Below are positions 6,342 through 14,800 of a stretch of DNA of 29,678 nucleotides, in pieces; the stretch's first letter is position 1, and every line of letters begins with the position of its first letter. Below the pieces are notes generated by a model. It saw only the letters and a program-made list of their open reading frames with translations. It ran no database searches and was not told the DNA's origin. The DNA lies in IMG/VR virus record IMGVR_UViG_3300012943_000053, positions 1 to 29,678 of that record; one strand, given 5' to 3'. The translations under genes were made by a program, and so were the position numbers. The DNA is from a virus (lineage: Duplodnaviria; Caudoviricetes).

Positions 6342-6790
6342 GAGCGGTGCGCGCGGCGGGCAACGACGCCGTCGAGGAGTTCTTGAAGATCGCCGACGAG
6401 ATGCCCGACGGCTACCTCGAATGCCGGGGGTCGCAGCACCGGTTCGTCACCGCCGAGCCCTGGCGGGTCGTGGACAGTCGGAACGAGGAGGGCTTCTACC
6501 CCCATCAGGGCAACACCACCTACGCCTACCGGCGGATGGAGTGCGACCGCTGCATCGACCCCGAGACCGGGGTGGGGATGATCCGGCACGACTTCTACGC
6601 GATCACCTCGCACAGGGGCCACACCTTCCTGCGCAAGATCGACTCCCGCTACACCCCGCCCCGGGGCTACGCGACGCGGGGGCTGGGACGGGTCGAGGGG
6701 AACCGGGGGCTCATCTTGGGTGCCGCGCTCGACCGGGCGATGGGCGCGGTCGCGGTGCGGGGACGCGGACGACCCAAGAAGGCGACATGA
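6338..6790 (+). CDS. Zn-binding protein (C-x4-H...CDRC) with C-terminal AT-hook-like RGRGRPKK, 150 aa
   Basis: GTGA overlap; motifs read directly from the translation. Confidence 0.75.
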   Translation: MRAVRAAGNDAVEEFLKIADEMPDGYLECRGSQHRFVTAEPWRVVDSRNEEGFYPHQGNTTYAYRRMECDRCIDPETGVGMIRHDFYAITSHRGHTFLRKIDSRYTPPRGYATRGLGRVEGNRGLILGAALDRAMGAVAVRGRGRPKKAT

Positions 6791-7071
6791 GCGACCCGAC
6801 CGGCCTGATCGCCGAGGCGAGCACGCCGGGCACCGTCGTCTACGGCATCTTGTCGTGGCGCGCCGACTCGCAGATGCTCGCCCGGCTGCGCCCGGTGTTC
6901 GTGGACCTGATCGCGCTCGCCATCGAGCAGTCCTGCTTCGCTCAAGAGGAGCCGTACGGGACCTGCCGAGAGGTCCACAGCGACGACCGCACGATGTGGT
7001 GCACACCCTGCGTGCTCCACGACCTCGCCGATCGCATCCAGGCGATCGCCCGACCGACAGGAGAGACCTGA
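6787..7071 (+). CDS. Hypothetical Cys-containing protein, 94 aa
   Basis: ATGA overlap, SD AAGAAGG; C...C...CTPC. Confidence 0.75.
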   Translation: MSDPTGLIAEASTPGTVVYGILSWRADSQMLARLRPVFVDLIALAIEQSCFAQEEPYGTCREVHSDDRTMWCTPCVLHDLADRIQAIARPTGET

Positions 7072-7526
7072 TGAAGAACTACGACCCCCTGGAGCCCCCC
7101 GCCCTGAACAAAGACCTGCTGTACGGCACCCTCGACGCCGTGGTCGCGGCCGACATTCTCGGCACCTGGAACCAGCAGGACTGGCTCCGGTTCGAAGACC
7201 CCGACGACGACGGTTCCGAGGAGGTGATGGAGCGCGCGGAGCGACGGCAGGCGGCGACCGGGGAGTGGTGCGGCACGACCTGCTGCTACGCCGGGCACGC
7301 CCTCCTCATCGAGGGCGGACGGTTGGTCTACGACGAGGGCAGGTCGTACATCCTGCTCGACAAGTGCCTCCTGAGCGCGGGCAGCGTGTCGCCGGAAGCG
7401 ATGCAGCGCCTGGGGCTGACCGAGTGGGAGGCGTCCACCCTGTTCTCGGCCAACAACTCCCTGCAGGACCTGAAGGAGATCGTGGACGCGATCGCGGCGG
7501 GGAAGTTCCGGGGCGACTGGGGGTGA
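7071..7526 (+). CDS. CGTxxCxAGH-motif phage protein, paralog 1, 151 aa
   Basis: SD AGGAG, TGATG overlap; shares several motifs with 8214-8630. Confidence 0.8.
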   Translation: MKNYDPLEPPALNKDLLYGTLDAVVAADILGTWNQQDWLRFEDPDDDGSEEVMERAERRQAATGEWCGTTCCYAGHALLIEGGRLVYDEGRSYILLDKCLLSAGSVSPEAMQRLGLTEWEASTLFSANNSLQDLKEIVDAIAAGKFRGDWG

Positions 7527-7759
7527 AAGCGGGAAAAGTCCGCACCCTGCCCGTCGGGCCGTGCGAAGCGAAGCCCGTCTGCGGACGGGCGTGCGAGGGC
7601 TGGGAGCCCCATCCCACGCTCTCCGACGTCTGGCAGACGTGCTTCTGCGGCCATAGCCGGGGCGTACACGCCCTCAACCATCCCCCGCCTCCCCCACCCC
7701 CGCCCGAGCCCCCACGCTGTCCTGCGTGCGGGCAACTACTACCCGAAGGAGCGACATGA
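7523..7759 (+). CDS. Small Cys-rich protein with poly-Pro linker and C-terminal CPAC, 78 aa
   Basis: GTGA and ATGA overlaps on both sides. Confidence 0.7.
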   Translation: MKAGKVRTLPVGPCEAKPVCGRACEGWEPHPTLSDVWQTCFCGHSRGVHALNHPPPPPPPPEPPRCPACGQLLPEGAT

Positions 7760-8217
7760 GCATGTTCGACCTGGTCTTCGCCGACCCCGACCGCCAAGAG
7801 AGGATGGGGCTGCTGCTCGCCGTGCTCGCCTACGAGCAGCCCGACATAGACACCGCCACGGCATATGTCCAGCCGATCCTCGACCTCCGGCTGCGCGACG
7901 CGTGGGTGGAGAAGCAGCCCGACGGACCCCCCGTCCTGACCGTCTACACCCGCAACGGAGGGGGGAACCGCGAGCACTTCCATGACGGCACCGACCTGTG
8001 TCTCGCTTGCCACGGCGAGGCGGCGACGCGGCACTCCGCCTACCTGCGCGATGCCGACGACGAGTTCGACGCGACCTACCGGACCTACTGGTTCTCTTTC
8101 CCCGACGACTTGCCCTCCGAAGTGCAGGAGGGCCTGCGCGAGGGAGCGGAGGACCCGCGCGACATGAGCAGGGCTTGGCTCGCGGCCATCGACGCGCTGA
8201 GCGGGGCGCAGCGGTGA
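7756..8217 (+). CDS. Conserved hypothetical phage protein (VYTRNGGGNRE...DDEFDATY), 153 aa
   Basis: SD AAGGAG, ATGA overlap; recognisable motif of unknown function. Confidence 0.8.
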   Translation: MSMFDLVFADPDRQERMGLLLAVLAYEQPDIDTATAYVQPILDLRLRDAWVEKQPDGPPVLTVYTRNGGGNREHFHDGTDLCLACHGEAATRHSAYLRDADDEFDATYRTYWFSFPDDLPSEVQEGLREGAEDPRDMSRAWLAAIDALSGAQR

Positions 8218-8630
8218 CCGCGCACGCCGACCTGTTGTACGAGACCCTCGACGCCGTGACCGAGGCCGCCGGGCTGGGTGATGCGACCTCACTGCCCGAG
8301 GGAGCGCTCGGCTGGCGGCAGGACTCGTGGTGTCTGCCCTGGTACGACGAGGGGCGCGGAGTCTGCGGCACCGCCGCCTGCTTCGCGGGGCACCGCCTCG
8401 TGCTCGACGGCTACGTCGTCTCGGGCTACGACGCGATGACGAGCCCGGGGGGGGCGGTCATCTGGGGCCACCAGATCGAGGCCCTCGCGGAGGCGCGTCT
8501 CGGCCTCACTCCCGTGCAGTCGCGGGCGCTGTTTCGTGGCGACAACGACCTCGCACGGATCAAAGAGGTGGTCGACAACATCGTCGCGGGCGGCTGCGGA
8601 CTCCCCGAGTGCGGGCGTGACCATGAGTGA
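8214..8630 (+). CDS. CGTxxCxAGH-motif phage protein, paralog 2, 138 aa
   Basis: GTGA overlap; DLLYETLDAV, CGTAACFAGH and RLGLT motifs. Confidence 0.8.
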   Translation: MTAHADLLYETLDAVTEAAGLGDATSLPEGALGWRQDSWCLPWYDEGRGVCGTAACFAGHRLVLDGYVVSGYDAMTSPGGAVIWGHQIEALAEARLGLTPVQSRALFRGDNDLARIKEVVDNIVAGGCGLPECGRDHE

Positions 8631-9195
8631 GGGCATCCAGGCGCTCGCGGGCTTCATGCACACGGCCATGAGAGAGGGGACCATCCCGCTCGTCATCGAG
8701 GAGGTCGTGGGGGCGACTCCCCCCCCACCGGGGTTCTTCTTCGTCTTGATGCGCGACATGGTCGAGCAGACGGGGGGAGCGACCGGGTGTGTGGTGTTCG
8801 GCACCGACGACAACAGGGCGGGGATGGTGCCCCACGACGGCAACGTCACCGAGGTCTTGGAGGGTCTTATCGCCCTCCGGCTCTCGGGGATGTTCGGTCG
8901 GGTCAACCATGTCGCCGTGGGGGCCGACACGTGGCACCGCTGCTACGAACCGGGCGACTTCGAGAGCGAGGGCGTGCGCCATGGTGACCTGCAGGCGCGG
9001 GCGGAGGCGGGGGACGAGCGCGTCACCGAGGCGCTGATGGCGCTCTGCTACGCCCCCGACGGCCCCACGTACTGCGACATGCAGCCCTACACCCGCACCG
9101 AGGGGGGGATCGTCTGGGGCCCCGTCGAGCCGCTCCCCTTCGACCGGCAACTCGGGGACCTTCCCCGGCTGATGAAGACGCTCACCCGCGCGTGA
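8623..9195 (+). CDS. Hypothetical protein, 190 aa (MSEGIQALAG...)
   Basis: 8-bp overlap with the upstream gene; GC3-rich frame. Confidence 0.75.
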   Translation: MSEGIQALAGFMHTAMREGTIPLVIEEVVGATPPPPGFFFVLMRDMVEQTGGATGCVVFGTDDNRAGMVPHDGNVTEVLEGLIALRLSGMFGRVNHVAVGADTWHRCYEPGDFESEGVRHGDLQARAEAGDERVTEALMALCYAPDGPTYCDMQPYTRTEGGIVWGPVEPLPFDRQLGDLPRLMKTLTRA

Positions 9196-9326
9196 GCACA
9201 CAGGGAGTCGAGTTGAGCCTGTTCGAGGCGGTCGTCGTCGGGTTCGCCTCGGGAGTCGTGGGCGGGGTCGTCTACGTGCACGTCCTCGACGTGGTGGGTC
9301 GATGGCGAGCGAGGAAGCGGGAATGA
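9192..9326 (+). CDS. 44-aa single-TM protein with basic C-terminus (MSTQGVELSLFEAVVVGFASGVVGGVVYVHVLDVVGRWRARKRE)
   Basis: Translated by hand; GTGA and ATGA overlaps with both neighbours. Confidence 0.65.
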   Translation: MSTQGVELSLFEAVVVGFASGVVGGVVYVHVLDVVGRWRARKRE

Positions 9327-9673
9327 CGCTGTGGGGAGTGCCGCCGGGCTACTTCGTGCTCGCGGTGATCGTGGGCGTGCTCAGCGCCGGGCGGCTGACG
9401 CGGCTCGTGGTCAACGACCACTGGCCCCCCGTCGAGCGCTTGCGCAACCTCTGGGACGCGAACTCCGACCGACTGGGGGGCTGGTGGCTGCTGCTGCACT
9501 GCCCCTGGTGCTTCGCGCCCTGGACCGTGCTGCTCGTCGGAGCGTGGGGAGTCCTGTCTCACCTGCACTGGAGTTGGTGGGCGTTCAACTCCTGGATGGC
9601 TGGGGCGTACGTCGCGTCATGGCTCGTCTTCCACGACGAGGACGGGAGTGAGGAGGGAGGTGAGGACAAGTGA
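9323..9673 (+). CDS. DUF1360-like membrane protein, 116 aa
   Basis: RLTRLVVND...LR...LLHCPWC..PW pattern with TM segments; this family is often found just upstream of portal in actinophages. Confidence 0.75.
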   Translation: MTLWGVPPGYFVLAVIVGVLSAGRLTRLVVNDHWPPVERLRNLWDANSDRLGGWWLLLHCPWCFAPWTVLLVGAWGVLSHLHWSWWAFNSWMAGAYVASWLVFHDEDGSEEGGEDK

Positions 9674-9894
9674 GCGAGATCGGTGAGATCAGCGAGATCA
9701 CCCAGGGCACGATTCGGCGCGCCGTCGCCGCTCAGCGAGCGGTCGACGCCATCATCGAGCCCGACGAGGTCGAGCCGCTGCGGCAGATCAACCTGCGCGT
9801 CGACCCCGACCTGCTCGCGCGGATCGAGCGAGCACGAGGAGATGTGCCCCGCGAGCGGTTCCTCCGGCGAGTGATCGACGAGGCGATCCCCTAG
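9670..9894 (+). CDS. Ribbon-helix-helix DNA-binding protein, 74 aa
   Basis: RQINLRVDPDLLARIERA...RERFLRRVIDEAI fits the beta-alpha-alpha RHH pattern; SD GGAGG. Confidence 0.75.
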   Translation: MSEIGEISEITQGTIRRAVAAQRAVDAIIEPDEVEPLRQINLRVDPDLLARIERARGDVPRERFLRRVIDEAIP

Positions 9895-9955
9895 CACTCG
9901 CGTGACCGACGCCTCGGGTTCGGCTTAGTCTGCGGACGGACCCGAGGCGGAGGAG
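9891..9955 (+). promoter_or_regulatory. Portal leader: CTAGCA, TCGCGTGACC, and a 13-bp stem with TAGTCT in the loop
   Basis: Stem 9910-9922/9937-9949 with one G-U; SD GGAGGAG follows directly. Confidence 0.45.
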
Positions 9956-9960
9956 TTGCG

Positions 9961-11892
9961 GTGCCGAGGACGAAAGTCGCTCGCCCACCGGTCGAGGTGG
10001 TTGAAGATTCAACCGCCCTGGTCGCTGCGGCGGTAGAGATTCCCGCGAGCCAGCGCCGGACGCTGCGGACCAAGCGGTACGAGGTCACGAAGGACTGGCA
10101 GCGCCGGGCGTGGGAGTTCTACGACACCGTGGGCGAACTGCGGTTCGGGGCGAACTGGGTCGGCAGCGCCCTGTCGCGGGTCGAGTTGCACGCGACCACC
10201 GACACCTCTCAGGGACAGAAGGACCTGACCTCCGGCCCCGCGTACGAGGCCGTCGAGGGGCTGTTCGGCAGCGCCACCGGGCGCTCGCAGATGCTCAACA
10301 CCTACGGCATCCACCTCTCGGTGCCCGGCGAGACGTACCTGATCGCCGAGCCGCAGCGGGGCGACGAGCCCGACGAGTGGATGACCGTCTCCACCGACGA
10401 GATCAAGCGGCTGGGCGACAGCCGCTGGGTGCTCGAACGGGGGGACGGCGAGAAGCGCCCGCTGAGCGGCGACGCGATGGTGATGAGGGTCTGGCGCCCC
10501 CACCCCCGCTCCTTCTACGAGGCCGACAGCCCCTGTCGTGCGGTGCTGCCGATCCTGAGCGAGATCGTCCAACTCACCAAGCACGTCGCCGCCACCATCG
10601 ACTCCCGCCTCGGCGGCGCGGGTCTGCTGCTGCTGCCCAGCGAGATGACCTTCGCCACCCCCAACAACGGCGTCGACCCCGCCGACCCGGCCACCGACCC
10701 GTTCATGGTCGCGCTGACCGAGGCGATCCTCACCCCGATCGAGGACCGGGGCAGCGCGGCGGCGGTGGTGCCGATCGTCGTCAAGGCGCCCGCCGCGACC
10801 ATCAGCGCGGCCCAGCACATGACCTTCTCGACCCCCTTCGACGCCGCCGCCCAGTCGCTGCGGGACGAAGCCATCCGGCGGCTCGCGCTGGGCATGGATC
10901 TGCCGCCGGAGGTGATGCTGGGGCAGGGCGACAGCAACCACTGGGCGTCCTGGCAGGTGGACGAGTCGGCCATCAAGGTGCACATCGAGCCCGCCTGCAA
11001 CCTGCTCTGCGACGCCTTGACGCGGTTCTACCTGTGGCCGGTGCTGCGCAAGCAGCACGTCAAGTCGTGGGCGGACTTCTACGTCCGGGCCGACACCTCC
11101 GCGCTGCGCACCCGCCCCAACCACTCCGCCGAGGCGATCCAGTTGTATGACCGACTGGAGATCAGCGGGGAGGCGCTGCGCCGAGAGACGGGCTTCTCCG
11201 AGTACGACAAGCCCACCAGCGAGGACATGCGCGGCGCGGTGCTGCGCAAGATGGCGATGGGCATCACCAACTCCGACCTGACCGCCGGGGCGCTGCGGCT
11301 GCTGGGCATCGAGGTGCAGCCCCGTTACTCCACGGTCGCCGACCAGTCCGACCCGATGGTCAGCGAGGAGGAGATCTCGACCCCGGAGGCGCAGCGGGCC
11401 GCGCCGGTCGTGCCGCCCCCCGACGAGCGCCGGGTGCTGCCCGCCGAGCGGGAGAACACCCGGGGGCTGCAGCGCAACCCCTCGCAGCGCCGTGAGGTCG
11501 AGCAGATCGGTCGCCCCCGCAACAACGGGCGCACCAACCCGGCTCCCGCCGCCGCCGCCGCCGAAGACAAGGTCAACATGGTGCTCGCCGCCTGCGAGGT
11601 GCTCGCGATGCGCGCCCTCGAACGCGCCCGCAACCGGATCGACCGGCGGGGCAAGCAGATGCGGGTCTGTACGGCACCCGAGGCCGATGAGGCGCTGAAG
11701 GATGCCTGGGTCGCGGTGCCGCGCGTCGCGAGACTGTGCGGGCTCGACCCCAGCGCCCTGCACACCCGGCTCGACGCCTACACCCGTGCGGTCCTCTACT
11801 CCGGCCTCGACCACGACCCCGAACTGCTGCACCGGGTGCTGTTCGTCCTCGATCCCGACGAGGTCGAGCACGCGTTCGCGGGAGCGACGTGA
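9961..11892 (+). CDS. Portal protein, 643 aa
   Basis: WQ..AW..YD.VGELRF, R.WRPHP...EADSP.R..LP.L.E, SRL.GAG and LR.EAIRRLALG.D.PPE...G...NHW motifs typical of actinophage portals; first gene of the head module. Confidence 0.92.
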   Translation: MPRTKVARPPVEVVEDSTALVAAAVEIPASQRRTLRTKRYEVTKDWQRRAWEFYDTVGELRFGANWVGSALSRVELHATTDTSQGQKDLTSGPAYEAVEGLFGSATGRSQMLNTYGIHLSVPGETYLIAEPQRGDEPDEWMTVSTDEIKRLGDSRWVLERGDGEKRPLSGDAMVMRVWRPHPRSFYEADSPCRAVLPILSEIVQLTKHVAATIDSRLGGAGLLLLPSEMTFATPNNGVDPADPATDPFMVALTEAILTPIEDRGSAAAVVPIVVKAPAATISAAQHMTFSTPFDAAAQSLRDEAIRRLALGMDLPPEVMLGQGDSNHWASWQVDESAIKVHIEPACNLLCDALTRFYLWPVLRKQHVKSWADFYVRADTSALRTRPNHSAEAIQLYDRLEISGEALRRETGFSEYDKPTSEDMRGAVLRKMAMGITNSDLTAGALRLLGIEVQPRYSTVADQSDPMVSEEEISTPEAQRAAPVVPPPDERRVLPAERENTRGLQRNPSQRREVEQIGRPRNNGRTNPAPAAAAAEDKVNMVLAACEVLAMRALERARNRIDRRGKQMRVCTAPEADEALKDAWVAVPRVARLCGLDPSALHTRLDAYTRAVLYSGLDHDPELLHRVLFVLDPDEVEHAFAGAT

Positions 11893-14800
11893 GCAGCCTC
11901 GCGGACCAGGTCGCCGACAACCTGCTCGTCCGCAAGGCCGAGCGCGAGGTGTCGCGGGCGACGAGCGCCGCCTACCGCTCCTTCCTCGATGAGATCGTGG
12001 CGGCGGTGCGCCAGGGCGAGGACGTCACCGCCGACGTCTGGGAGCGCGCGGTCGACGTCGACCTGCTGCCCGCGCTGCGCGAGGTGTTTGCGCGCGCCTA
12101 CGACACGCAGGCGACGGCCCTGCGGGACACCCTCAGCGCCGCGACCCCGCGCACCAGCACGGAGGCACGGGAGAACGCGGAGCGCTACCTGCGCACCGTC
12201 CGCAACCGCCTCCTCGACATCCCCGACGACCTGTTCCGCACGCTGCGCCGCAGCCTCGCGGAGGGGATCGCCGCCTCGGAGAGCGACGAGGAACTCGCCG
12301 CCCGAGTGCGCGCCCTGGTCGATGTGCCCGTCCGCGCCAACCGGATCGCCCGGACCGAGACGACCCCGGCGCTGAACGCTGGCCGGTTGCAGGCCGCCCG
12401 CGCCGTCGCTCGTGAGACGGGCGTCTCGACTCGTGGATGGGCCAAGGAGTGGGTGTCGATGCAGGACGAGCGAGTCCGGCACACCCACGCCCTCGCCGAC
12501 GGCCAGACCGTCCCGCTGAACCGCCACTTCCGGGTCGGGGAGCACTCCGGGCGGTATCCCGGCGACCCCCGGCTGCCCCCCGGCGAGACCATCAACTGCC
12601 GCTGCACCCTGCGGATCGAGGCCCGAGGCTCGCTGACAGCGGCTGGCGCCGACGACAGCCACGACGGCGCTGTCATCGTGGCGCTGCCGCACGAGGCCGA
12701 CCCGATCCGCAACGTCGGGGAGGAGGACAAGCACCTGACGCTGTGCTGGATGGGCGACAGCACGGAGTCGACCGCCGACCACGGCCTGATCCGGGACGCG
12801 TTGAAGACCGTCGCCGCCCACACGGACCCCTTCAACGCGACCGTCACGAAGACAGGCTCGCTCGGCGACGACGGTGCCCACGTCGCCTTCCTGGACCCCG
12901 GTGCTCCCACCCGAGTGCGGGACCTGCTGCTGGCGCAGCAGCCGATCCAAGAGGCGGTCGGATCGGTCCAGCAGTTCCCCAACTACACCCCGCACGTGAC
13001 GCTGTCCTACGACGACGCCCCCGACTACGACGGCACCGTGACCTTCGACCGGCTGGCGCTGTGGTGGGGCGACAACCACGGCGACATCTACCCACTGGGA
13101 AGCAACGGGGTGGCGAGCACCTCCACAGGTCAGGAGTACGCGATGGACGACGACACCGACTACGGCGACCTCGACCCCGAGACGAGCATCCCGTGGCACG
13201 GCGTGCTCGCTCCCGAGGCGGTGATGAGCGGGGACCGGCGCAAGTTCAGCGAGGGGGCGCTCTCCTTCCGCGACCTGCCGGTGCCCCTGCACTACCAGGA
13301 CGCCACCGCGAGCGGCCATGACGGCGCGGTCCGGGTGGCGAACATCCTGCAGGCGACGCGCGCCGACCAGGACGGCACCCCGCTGATCCGCGCCTGGGGC
13401 ATGTTCGACACCCACGAGACCGCCGACGAGGCGATCCGCCAGATCGCCAAGCAGATGCTGCGCGGGGTCAGCGTCGACGTGGACAGCGCCGAGTTCTCCT
13501 TCGAGGACGAGTTCGGCAACGACGTCGGGGACAAGTCGCCGATGGAGGTGCCCAACCCGGTCATGGTGCTGACCGCCGGGCGCGTCTCGGGCGCCACTCT
13601 GTGCTCGATCCCCGCCTTCCAGGAGGCGTACGTCGCGCTCGGCCCGCCGCCGGAGGAGTGGGGCTTCTCCGTCGACGGAGAACTCGCCGCCTGGGTCGAG
13701 AGCGACATCGAGGACGTGCTCGCCGAGGCCGACACCTACGCCACCGTGGAGTTCGCGATCAGCGACAAGCCGTGGAGCGACTTCACTCAGGCCGACTACA
13801 CCGACGAGCAGTGGAAGCGGGCTTGCGTCCTCGACAAGGGCGAGGGGGAGGGGAAGCAGCGCTACGGGCTGCCGATCCGCGAGCCCAGCGGCGCCCTGAA
13901 CCGCAACGCCGTCCACGCGGCGGCGGGTCGCTTCAACCAGGTCCACGCCAGCGACGAGGCGAAGGCGAAGGCCGCGCGCGCGCTGCGCGGGGCGTACCGG
14001 ACGCTGAAGGAGGACCCGCCCGAGGTGCTGACCGCCGCCGGTGGACGCCCGCGCGACGACCTGCTCGACTCCGACGAGGTGCCGGGTCAGCGGGGCGAGG
14101 GCGGCGGCAAGCCCCGCGTCAGCACGAAGCCGTGGAGCGACTTCTCCATCGACGACTACACCGACGAGCAGTGGGCGCGCGCCACGGCACTGCACTACAA
14201 GGCGGGCTACTCCGCGAACAAGAAGGACCACGCGCTGCCCTACCGCGAGCCCAACGGCGCCTTCAACGTCGAGGGTGCCCGCAAGGCGGCGGGGGACTAC
14301 CCCGACATCAAGGCGAGCGGCGAGGCGAAGGCCGCCGCGCGTCGTCGCCTGCAGCACGCCTTCGACATCATCGGCGAGGACCCGCCCGCCGCGATCGCCC
14401 GGAGCGCGGAGGAGAAGACGAGCGGGCAGGTCGAGGAGTTCTTGGTCGACGACTCGGGCATCCCGGGCGTGATGCCAAAGAAGTTGAAGGCGTACTGGAC
14501 CCACGGTGAGGGCGCGGCGAAGATCGCCTGGGGCACCGGCGGGGACTTCGAGCGCTGCCGCACCAACCTCGCGGCCTACGTGCCCACCCACATGCTGTCG
14601 GGGCTCTGCGCCAAGTTGCACAAGGCGGCGACGGGGACCTGGCCCGGTCGCGGGCAGCCGCACGCACTGGACGACGGCATCGCCGGACCAGCGCTGACGA
14701 GCCGTTGTGAGCCGTGTGAGGCGGGGTTGACGGCGTCCGCCAGCGTGAGTAGCGACTTCGTTTCCCCACGCTTCGATCGCTTGACGCCGCTCACCGTGAC

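Noticed and set aside
9192-9673. Small TM gene plus DUF1360-like gene as a holin/lysis cassette
   Set aside because: No endolysin is nearby, and TM segments alone do not establish holin function.
11736-11888. ORF-track N-terminal extension of the 1249-aa fusion
   Set aside because: Overlaps the portal C-terminus; the GTGA-coupled start at 11889 with GGAG upstream is more plausible.
13758-14390. Diversity-generating retroelement TR/VR pair or intein in the head fusion
   Set aside because: Differences between the repeats are not adenine-specific, both copies are coding, no reverse transcriptase is present, and I saw no intein splice-junction or LAGLIDADG motifs.
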